In this document: piece by piece, positions 6,769-12,715 of the stretch
How positions within the stretch are numbered: position 1 is the first letter of the stretch
Layout of the letters: each line of letters starts with the position of its first letter
Virus record (IMG/VR): IMGVR_UViG_3300033993_001993
Strand: one strand, 5' to 3'
Length of the DNA stretch: 12,715 nt
Source of the DNA: a virus
Lineage: Duplodnaviria > Heunggongvirae > Uroviricota > Caudoviricetes
Notes under the pieces: model-generated
What the model saw: the letters and a program-made list of their open reading frames with translations, nothing else
Told to the model about the DNA's origin: nothing
The model's database searches: none
Position numbers and translations under genes: made by a program

Positions 6769-6812
6769 CATTAAAATTAAAAAAGTGCGTTAAAAATTAA
6801 AAAATATTTTTG

Positions 6813-6820
6813 ATATTTAT
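6813..6820 (+). promoter_or_regulatory. ATATTTAT motif oriented toward the 53-aa plus-strand gene
   Basis: Plus GATATTTAT 6812-6820, 30 nt upstream of ATG 6851; divergent from the copy at 6761-6768. Confidence 0.35.
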
Positions 6821-6850
6821 TTTCAATACTAACCCAATTAAATTATAACT

Positions 6851-7012
6851 ATGGAAGACCAAAAAGCAACAGAAGTTAAATGTAGAGCGTGTAGCGAAAG
6901 TAAAAAAGTTAAAAACACACAGAGATTTGTTTTGATCGGTGGTGGGATATTCTTTTTCTTTGGAATTTATGGTATGGTATCTTGTATTAGAGATATTATA
7001 TCTATGTTTTAA
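6851..7012 (+). CDS. Small membrane protein with N-terminal CxxC (53 aa)
   Basis: Not in ORF track. [53 protein letters not shown]: one hydrophobic helix preceded by a basic region. Its TAA stop interlocks with the dnaJ stop in TTAA at 7009-7012. Confidence 0.7.
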   Translation: MEDQKATEVKCRACSESKKVKNTQRFVLIGGGIFFFFGIYGMVSCIRDIISMF

Positions 7013-7935
7013 TCCCTATCAAATTTAACAAATTGATTAATCATTAGATCGCCTACCGTATCTAACCTAAAACCTTTTGATTTAACTCTTAATGGAATTG
7101 ATGTGTCCACTTTTCTTGGCATCTTAACACTTAATTCACCATCTGGATGTGGAACCCTAAGATTACCCATTGTTATGTCATCCAAATTCAAAAATGCGTT
7201 ATATATCAAATGATTACCAAGTTTGTCAAACCCATCTTGCGGTTTAAGGTCAATTCTTACAACCAAATCACCATAGGATCCATTTTTAAAGTCTCCCATC
7301 CCATTTAATCTTATAAATTGTCCGTTATCAACTCCATGCGGTAAAAGTACATCCAAACTCTTCATTTCAGGTCTTGATCCAATACCACTACAAAGGAAAC
7401 AAGGGTTAATTAATTTATGTCCGGTACCATTACACCCATCGCAAGCCATCTGTACTAATTGGACGAACATACCTGATCCCATTTGTCTAACAATATTTCC
7501 TGATCCACCACAAGTCTGACAAATTTTCTTATCGCCACCAGTTCCATTACAAGGATCACACATTTTTTGTCTTCTGTACGATAAAGTGTGTTTATTACCA
7601 CGATAAGAATCTAAAACCCCAATGTTTACCGTGATATTAGACGTATGTACGGGTCTTTGTTGATTGTTTGACCTTCTTCCCCCAAACATACTTGAGAACA
7701 TATCGTTTAAGTCCCCATTACCGCCAAACGGGTTTTTTCTTTGTATATCATATTGTTGTCTCTTCTTCTCATCACCTAAGATATCGTAAGCACCTGAAAT
7801 ATTCTTGAATACCTCTTCATTACCACCAGCGTCAGGATGATTCTCTTTCGCCAATTTACGGTAAGATTTTTTTATTTCATCCTGTGTTGCTGTTTCAGAC
7901 ACTCCTAAAACCTCGTAAAAATTTACATTATTCAT
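7009..7935 (-). CDS. dnaJ: DnaJ-class (type I) molecular co-chaperone (308 aa)
   Basis: J domain with HPD ([12 protein letters not shown]), short G/F linker, four CxxCxGxG zinc-finger repeats ([32 protein letters not shown]), then C-terminal substrate-binding region ([17 protein letters not shown]...GDLVV). Confidence 0.95.
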   Translation of the reverse strand: MNNVNFYEVLGVSETATQDEIKKSYRKLAKENHPDAGGNEEVFKNISGAYDILGDEKKRQQYDIQRKNPFGGNGDLNDMFSSMFGGRRSNNQQRPVHTSNITVNIGVLDSYRGNKHTLSYRRQKMCDPCNGTGGDKKICQTCGGSGNIVRQMGSGMFVQLVQMACDGCNGTGHKLINPCFLCSGIGSRPEMKSLDVLLPHGVDNGQFIRLNGMGDFKNGSYGDLVVRIDLKPQDGFDKLGNHLIYNAFLNLDDITMGNLRVPHPDGELSVKMPRKVDTSIPLRVKSKGFRLDTVGDLMINQFVKFDRD

Positions 7936-7964
7936 TTATTGAGACAAATTATTATATTTAATTT

Positions 7965-8603
7965 ATGAATTACCTTGTGGTATTGTTTAAGAATAAGGAA
8001 AAAAAGAAAATAATAAACAAGTTCAAGACATTTGAACGTGCGGATAGTTTCTACAAAAAACTTATTGAGGAGAGTAACTCTGTTATATTTGAAACTCGTG
8101 TTGAGAATGCTCGACCTTGCGATTATGAACTTTGCCTACTTCAGAAATTGGATGATAATTTTGAAAAACTTTATGTGAGAGATGAGGTTGGTAGACAGGT
8201 TTTGGTTAATTTAGATGACCCTGATTATAAGATAATTAGAGTAAACAAATATAGGGTATCTGAAAAGATATTTGATGTGGGTAAAAACAAGAAGATCACA
8301 ACGGAGGAGTTTATTAAAAAATACTTACCTAAAAATTCAATCAAATTGATTTCAAGGCTGAATAACAAAGTTGTTGTTCAAAACGATATTGATGTTAAGT
8401 TGTTTTCACTAAAAGATGAGGATGAGTCCCGTAGGTTTTTAGAAAATCTTAACGATTACCTAATCGATATTGGTAGAGGTGATTCAATCATTGTGAGTGA
8501 AACCTCAAAACCTCAAAAGAAATACTTGTATGAAATATTATCGGAAATGGGTATTAGTAAACAATCACTTTACAGACGATCTACTACTTTTAAACCTAGA
8601 TAA
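7965..8603 (+). CDS. Hypothetical basic protein (212 aa)
   Basis: ORF track; divergent from dnaJ across a 29-nt gap containing TATATTTA-ATTT-ATG. No domain recognised. Confidence 0.85.
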   Translation: MNYLVVLFKNKEKKKIINKFKTFERADSFYKKLIEESNSVIFETRVENARPCDYELCLLQKLDDNFEKLYVRDEVGRQVLVNLDDPDYKIIRVNKYRVSEKIFDVGKNKKITTEEFIKKYLPKNSIKLISRLNNKVVVQNDIDVKLFSLKDEDESRRFLENLNDYLIDIGRGDSIIVSETSKPQKKYLYEILSEMGISKQSLYRRSTTFKPR

Positions 8604-8912
8604 AAATCTTTTCCACGGACTTATCGTTATTGGTTCAGGTGTTGGTTCAGGTGTTGGTTCTTCAACCACGTTAAACACTTGATTTGCGAGTTCCTCGTGT
8701 ATAAATACGTGTTCAACACCGGACATATCTATTGAGAATTTTTTAAATCCTGAATCTATTTTTCTAAAATTACTTTGTACTTTTTTAAAATCATCATCAT
8801 TAAGTTCGAATACACAGATAACTTTACCTTCTGGGAATAGTGTTTGTATTCCATCGGTCAATAGAGCTAAGTTCTCTAAGACCCCATCATCACTTTTTTT
8901 ATCCTCTTCCAT
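8565..8912 (-). CDS. Hypothetical protein (115 aa) with EPTP repeat
   Basis: ORF track; last gene of the overlapping minus-strand run; overlaps the 212-aa plus gene tail-to-tail by 39 nt. Confidence 0.8.
   Translation of the reverse strand: MEEDKKSDDGVLENLALLTDGIQTLFPEGKVICVFELNDDDFKKVQSNFRKIDSGFKKFSIDMSGVEHVFIHEELANQVFNVVEEPTPEPTPEPITISPWKRFLSRFKSSRSSVK
8631..8660. repeat. 12-bp tandem repeat, 2.5 copies (TGGTTCAGGTGT), encoding EPTP-EPTP-EP
   Basis: Read directly: 8631-8642, 8643-8654 and partial 8655-8660; in frame, Pro-rich linker. Confidence 0.95.
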
Positions 8913-9076
8913 ATGGTTAATTTTTCTTCAGGTTTAACAATGTCCTCTTTTTTAAAATTTTTTAAAGATTCGGCAATTCTTCTTTTTTCTTTTTCGAGTT
9001 CGGTTTTATCTTTTTCGATCTCACTCTTCAACCATTCCACCGCCTGTTCCCCTCGTGTCAACAACTTCTTCTCCAT
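8876..9076 (-). CDS. Hypothetical coiled-coil-like protein (66 aa)
   Basis: ORF track; charged helix EIEKDKTELEKEKRRIAESLK; overlaps both neighbours (56 nt and 37 nt). Confidence 0.65.
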   Translation of the reverse strand: MEKKLLTRGEQAVEWLKSEIEKDKTELEKEKRRIAESLKNFKKEDIVKPEEKLTIWKRIKKVMMGS

Positions 9077-9449
9077 CGTCTAATTTTTCTTCTAAAATAT
9101 CAAATTTTAATGATTGTAGATTTTCAATATTTTCACTTTCAAAAATCTTTTTCAACTCATCTATTTTTTGTTTTAATAACTTTTCCTTCATCTCAATTTC
9201 TTTATTGTAAGAAATTATACTTTTGATGTTATTAACCACTATATTTAAGTTTTTATCATCAAATTCACTCACAAATGAGAAAAATCTAAAACCATCAGTA
9301 ACTTTTTCATTTTCAATGATCTTATCTTCTTGGACGAATCTTTTTGGGATTTTCCAATGGGTTGGGAATTCGATGTCAATAGTTAGGTATTTTTTCAATT
9401 TTCTAACTGATACTAAAAATTGGAATATGTCTTTAAGTTCTTTATACAT
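9021..9449 (-). CDS. Hypothetical protein (142 aa)
   Basis: ORF track; starts 3 nt after the upstream stop; C-terminal coiled-coil-like segment. Confidence 0.8.
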   Translation of the reverse strand: MYKELKDIFQFLVSVRKLKKYLTIDIEFPTHWKIPKRFVQEDKIIENEKVTDGFRFFSFVSEFDDKNLNIVVNNIKSIISYNKEIEMKEKLLKQKIDELKKIFESENIENLQSLKFDILEEKLDDGEEVVDTRGTGGGMVEE

Positions 9450-9452
9450 ATT

Positions 9453-9647
9453 TTAAATAAAGTTTGTTATGAAGTAAGTTATAAGGTAAGAAATAAAAAA
9501 GTAATTGGATATCTTTTCCCAACCACTATAGTTAATTTGTTTAGGGTTATCACTGAAGATTGCCGTAACTATCTTAAATAAAAGGTTGCCCGTAAAAATA
9601 CACGATAACACAAAAACAAAAAGGTAAAAAATATCCAATTCTTTCAT
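9453..9647 (-). CDS. Small membrane protein, two predicted TM helices (64 aa)
   Basis: IFYLFVFVLSCIFTGNLLFKIV and ISNYFFISYLITYFITNFI are hydrophobic; the ORF starts 2 nt after the Hc1-like stop. Confidence 0.75.
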   Translation of the reverse strand: MKELDIFYLFVFVLSCIFTGNLLFKIVTAIFSDNPKQINYSGWEKISNYFFISYLITYFITNFI

Positions 9648-9649
9648 AA

Positions 9650-9820
9650 TTATTTTTTTCTTTCTTCAAGGATCTCTCCTCTTAATTGTTGAATAAGATT
9701 TTTTAAATCTTGTGAAGTTTTTCTAGCTCTTGTTCCAGCACTTTTGTTACCAGCGTAAAACTTGTTCACATCAACACTCAATTGTTCAGTAAGTTCTTTA
9801 ATTTGTTCTAAAGTTTCCAT
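9650..9820 (-). CDS. Histone H1-like (Hc1-family, Bacteroidota-type) small protein (56 aa)
   Basis: Not in ORF track. METLEQIKELTEQLSVDVNKFYAGNKSAGTRARKTSQDLKNLIQQLRGEILEERKK. GNKSAGTRARK matches the GNKxAGTRARK signature I recognise from Bacteroidota 'histone H1'/Hc1-annotated proteins. Confidence 0.85.
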   Translation of the reverse strand: METLEQIKELTEQLSVDVNKFYAGNKSAGTRARKTSQDLKNLIQQLRGEILEERKK

Positions 9821-9844
9821 TTTAATGTAAAATTATTGTTTATT

Positions 9845-9886
9845 AAGTTTATAGTAAGGGTTACCATACCCTTTGTAAAGTTTATA
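9845..9886. repeat. Direct repeat AAGTTTATA flanking inverted repeat AAGGGT-N6-ACCCTT
   Basis: AAGTTTATA at 9845-9853 and 9878-9886; inverted repeat at 9856-9861 / 9868-9873; lies upstream of the Hc1-like gene. Confidence 0.6.
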
Positions 9887-10349
9887 CGATTAGATTTTTA
9901 TCCAAAGTTTTATAGATGTTGTATATTAAATCAAGGTCTACTTGTGTAAATGGCTTATCTCGATTAAACAAATCGTTGAAGAATACGTCGATCGAGTTCC
10001 TCACATTATCCTTAGTTTGTTTATAATAAATCTCACTAAAAAGGGATAAGAAGTAATCGTAGTGCTCGCCTTTTTCTTCAAAAGAGATGTTTTCCTTTTT
10101 GAAGTTTTCCATTGTTTTATTCCAACACCAATCGAAATGTTTTATGTTATCCAAATCATCCATCTTAACTTTCGTTTCAACAGAATCATTTTCATCACCC
10201 AAATAAGTTGTTTTGATTAATAGATAAAGGCTATAGGAGAGATCATAATATAAATCCATCTTCTCCGGTATTATATTATTGACCCTGAACCAGATATCAA
10301 CTTGTTCAGGGTCAAGATTTTTTGTTATGTAATTAAGAAAATTATCCAT
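9882..10349 (-). CDS. Hypothetical protein (155 aa), aromatic-rich, predicted helical
   Basis: ORF track; no recognised domain. Confidence 0.85.
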   Translation of the reverse strand: MDNFLNYITKNLDPEQVDIWFRVNNIIPEKMDLYYDLSYSLYLLIKTTYLGDENDSVETKVKMDDLDNIKHFDWCWNKTMENFKKENISFEEKGEHYDYFLSLFSEIYYKQTKDNVRNSIDVFFNDLFNRDKPFTQVDLDLIYNIYKTLDKNLIV

Positions 10350-10397
10350 AGTGTTTTAACTATGAAAAAATAATAGGAAAAACCTAAGTAATGTAAA

Positions 10398-11840
10398 TTA
10401 TTGAGTTTTTCTATTGTATCCCATTAAGTTTTGTATTCTACCAAACTCTTCATTTAATTTTTGAGTTTGTTTTTCATTGACAGATTCATCAACTGCGTTT
10501 AATACTGATTGTGATGTTTTCTTACCTCTTTTAGATTTTAATGATCCTCTTTCAGTTTCTTCACCAGCCATATCAACAGGTTGTGGTTGTCTTTTGTAAG
10601 ACGCCGACATTTGTTCTTGACCATACAAGTTATCTTTAAAGTTTTTGTAGAACTTCTCACCAACTTCACTTGGTACTACATTACCTAAAGCGTTCCCATC
10701 TTCATCAACTTGAGCATTACCTGTTGTTTTGTGACCTTTCAAGTATTTCTCGATATTTTTATCATTTGGTTTAATTTCATCAAAAACTAAATTAGTCATA
10801 CCTGGATAAGAGAAAGCATCCTCATATTCTTCCACTGCCTCAGATGGTGTATATTTTTTAGCTTTAGATTCTTTATCAATTGTATTATTACCTTGAGGAA
10901 ACTTCTTAGGGTTCATTTCGTATTTACCTTTAGTTGCATCTTTTAAGTAATCTGTCATTTTTTTAGCTAAATTTTTCAAATAGTCATCTTCATCTTTTTT
11001 GTCTCCTTTTTGAACCTTTTCATACTCAACATAACCTTTAGGCTCTTTCATTTTGAAGCTATTTTTTTCTTTAACCATTTCTTCAATCAAACTAATAAGT
11101 TCGTTCTCTGTGAATATTAACGATTCAGTCATTTTTTTTGATTCTTCAACATCATATTTTTTACCATCAACTTTAAAAGAATCTTTACCTTCTTTTTTTG
11201 CTTTCGCTAACGCTCCACTAAACGCATTACCTTCTTCAGTTTCACCTTCCTCAATTTCTTTCTCAAATTCTACTTCATATAAGTTTTCGTCCTCTTCCGA
11301 TCTCAATTTTTTGAAGTCGTCTTTATCTATTCTACCATTCTTGTTTTTGTCAAGTTTGGTCTGTTTACCATAAAGTTTTTCTTTCATTTCGTATGACTCA
11401 CTACATTCAGTACATTCCTCTTCGTCAAGTTCCATATCAACTTCTTTCCATTCATCGTCAGAATCCATTCCTCCAAAATCTTCATCAGTATCACCTTCGA
11501 TATCATTTAATAATGATTCTAATTCGTCTTTAGATAATTTTTTAAGATTAAGTTTACCAAATTTTGGGTGGTCAGAATCCATTCCACCTAATTCCATAAC
11601 TTCACCTTGTGATTTAGTACCACACTCCATACATTCACCTTCCGACATTTCACTACCACATTGTTCACACATTTCACCATCACCTTCTTGAACATAATCA
11701 AATGGTCCTCCTGGTGGGTTAAAAGGTGCTTCTTCTTTGTAGTTCAATCTATCTAAAATTGCATCTGCCTTTTCATCTAAATTTTCCTTAAGGATTCTTT
11801 CAAATCTCGACTTAATATATTCTTTTCTATTCATCTTCAT
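10398..11840 (-). CDS. Acidic modular hypothetical protein (480 aa), putative internal virion/scaffold-like protein
   Basis: ORF track. Contains CEQC-x9-CMEC (11619-11669), GGMDSD twice, an EF-hand-like loop DKNKNGRIDKDD (11316-11351), a GNAFSGALAKA...KVDGKKYDV cassette (11148-11231) and a C-terminal LNEEFGRIQNLMGY. The functional call is inference. Confidence 0.85.
   Translation of the reverse strand: MKMNRKEYIKSRFERILKENLDEKADAILDRLNYKEEAPFNPPGGPFDYVQEGDGEMCEQCGSEMSEGECMECGTKSQGEVMELGGMDSDHPKFGKLNLKKLSKDELESLLNDIEGDTDEDFGGMDSDDEWKEVDMELDEEECTECSESYEMKEKLYGKQTKLDKNKNGRIDKDDFKKLRSEEDENLYEVEFEKEIEEGETEEGNAFSGALAKAKKEGKDSFKVDGKKYDVEESKKMTESLIFTENELISLIEEMVKEKNSFKMKEPKGYVEYEKVQKGDKKDEDDYLKNLAKKMTDYLKDATKGKYEMNPKKFPQGNNTIDKESKAKKYTPSEAVEEYEDAFSYPGMTNLVFDEIKPNDKNIEKYLKGHKTTGNAQVDEDGNALGNVVPSEVGEKFYKNFKDNLYGQEQMSASYKRQPQPVDMAGEETERGSLKSKRGKKTSQSVLNAVDESVNEKQTQKLNEEFGRIQNLMGYNRKTQ
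11457..11585. repeat. 15-bp exact direct repeat GTCAGAATCCATTCC (GMDSD), 114 nt apart
   Basis: Copies at 11457-11471 and 11571-11585, in frame in the 480-aa ORF. Confidence 0.9.
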
Positions 11841-11848
11841 TTTTTTTA

Positions 11849-11856
11849 ATAAATAT
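11849..11856 (-). promoter_or_regulatory. Recurrent upstream motif ATATTTAT (putative phage late promoter)
   Basis: Plus ATAAATAT 11849-11856, in an 18-nt intergenic gap, 8 nt upstream of ATG 11838-11840. Confidence 0.5.
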
Positions 11857-11858
11857 CT

Positions 11859-12629
11859 TTATTTTTGTCTTTTTCTGATTTGTTGAAAGACAATCTCTGA
11901 AATATAATTTTTATCCATCCCATACTTACTCGAGACACTCTCTATAGCATTTTGTACGGACTCATTTTCAAATATTTTTAGAGCCTTTATATCACCTTGA
12001 TTACAATAAGGGAACTTAGTACATTTTTTCTTAACCTGAACAAATTTACCTCCAGGTATTTGAGCTTTAGAATATCCTCTAAAATCTTTTTTACTCATAG
12101 ATTTTGCCCAAATGGATGGTTGGTTATATTGACCAGAAGATGATGATCCTGTTGCTTCTTTAGTTTCTTGTTTAAAAGTTTCCCCATCTGACTCAACAGA
12201 ATCCATATCTCCAAACTCCATTTGTTCTCTAACGGTTTTTACTTTTTTTACCACATCCCCTTTTGTTGTTGAGAATAACGGCATTGAGTATCCACCGGCA
12301 CTACCAGCACCTGTAGCTTCTTTACTTTCCTCTTTTTTCTTTTTACCCGAATCTAAAATCGATTGTAAAAATTCTTTAAGTTCTTCAGAATTAACTAAAA
12401 ACTCTTTTATTTTGTTTCGTATTTGATTCTTAGATAATTTTTTGTTTTTAACTAGGTCATATATATCCTTAATATCTTTCTTATTTTTAAGGTAGTCCAA
12501 ATAATGTTTTTCCTCCTTTAATTCGGACGAAACTTTATTAATAGTTCTAATAGTATCAAACCTTGCTTCAGGTTGATCCCCTAACCCTGTTGAAATCTTT
12601 TCTTTCAACTTACTAATTACATCTTCCAT
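11859..12629 (-). CDS. Hypothetical protein (256 aa) with two E(S/T)KEATG..S.G.Y..P repeats and a KCTKFPYCNQG motif
   Basis: ORF track; internal 17-aa repeats at 12279-12329 and 12117-12167; its ATG overlaps the upstream stop (TAATG). Confidence 0.85.
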   Translation of the reverse strand: MEDVISKLKEKISTGLGDQPEARFDTIRTINKVSSELKEEKHYLDYLKNKKDIKDIYDLVKNKKLSKNQIRNKIKEFLVNSEELKEFLQSILDSGKKKKEESKEATGAGSAGGYSMPLFSTTKGDVVKKVKTVREQMEFGDMDSVESDGETFKQETKEATGSSSSGQYNQPSIWAKSMSKKDFRGYSKAQIPGGKFVQVKKKCTKFPYCNQGDIKALKIFENESVQNAIESVSSKYGMDKNYISEIVFQQIRKRQK

Positions 12630-12715
12630 TACGCGTTTCTAAATTTTTGTTCCCAAAACCCTCTTTGTTGGTACATAACCGTAAAATATTCTTGGAAAGA
12701 TTTTATGACGATGTT
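12629..12715 (-). CDS. C-terminal 28 aa of a CDS entering from the right edge
   Basis: Not in ORF track. Open frame ...NIVIKSFQEYFTVMYQQRGFWEQKFRNA*, stop TAA at 12629-12631, sharing a base with the next ATG. Confidence 0.65.
   Translation of the reverse strand, partial: NIVIKSFQEYFTVMYQQRGFWEQKFRNA

Noticed and set aside
5794-6850. Group I intron or intein carrying the LAGLIDADG and interrupting the methyltransferase
   Set aside because: Only 10 nt separate the nuclease stop from the MTase ATG; the flanks are almost pure A/T with no room for an intron core; the MTase has all motifs from motif X onward; the nuclease ORF lacks intein splice motifs (no Cys/Ser start block, no terminal His-Asn).
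7945-7952. Bacteroidota promoter for dnaJ (ATAATTTG), and similarly TATATTTT upstream of 2852
   Set aside because: Neither matches TAnnTTTG exactly, and neither has a TTTG at 19-21 nt spacing.
9453-9647. Holin assignment for the 2-TM protein
   Set aside because: No endolysin or spanin nearby and no charged C-terminal tail; topology alone is insufficient.
107-11373. Plus-strand track ORFs 107-325, 1307-1642, 3585-3926, 5082-5276, 5401-5589, 5751-5939, 8497-8682, 9223-9456 and 11053-11373
   Set aside because: They lie antisense to (or, for 8497-8682, across) better-supported genes, and have low-complexity Ser/Phe/Leu/Ile-rich translations typical of shadow ORFs.
1-12715. Stop-codon reassignment (as in some large Bacteroidota phages), tRNA genes, CRISPR array
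   Set aside because: Long ORFs tile the window in the standard code, with TAA, TGA (730, 8565, 9021) and TAG (8876) at sensible gene ends; intergenic gaps are short and show no cloverleaf or regularly spaced repeats.

Overview
AT-rich (roughly 30% GC by eye), gene-dense window with about 25 CDSs, almost all on the minus strand, and no tRNA, rRNA or CRISPR array visible. It looks like a segment of a large dsDNA (jumbo-type) bacteriophage genome rather than a cellular chromosome. Recognisable genes: a truncated DUF932/DUF945-like gene, a SAP-motif protein, a protein with C-terminal leucine-rich repeats, a Dam-like D12-class adenine methyltransferase, a free-standing double-motif LAGLIDADG endonuclease preceded by a small ribbon-helix-helix-like ORF, a type I DnaJ and a Bacteroidota-type 'histone H1/Hc1-like' protein. 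Six ORFs missing from the supplied track were read by hand: 1-186, 191-304, 6597-6755, 6851-7012, 9650-9820 and 12629-12715. Two upstream motif classes stand out. Three full TTTG-N19/20-TAnnTTTG promoters match the Bacteroidota primary-sigma consensus and suggest a Bacteroidota host. A recurrent (A/G)TATTTAT motif precedes a different gene set, mostly acidic, modular proteins sharing short Glu-ending motifs, which may be late, prohead-protease-processed virion proteins. Viral origin, host and these functions are inferences from sequence patterns; no database search was possible.
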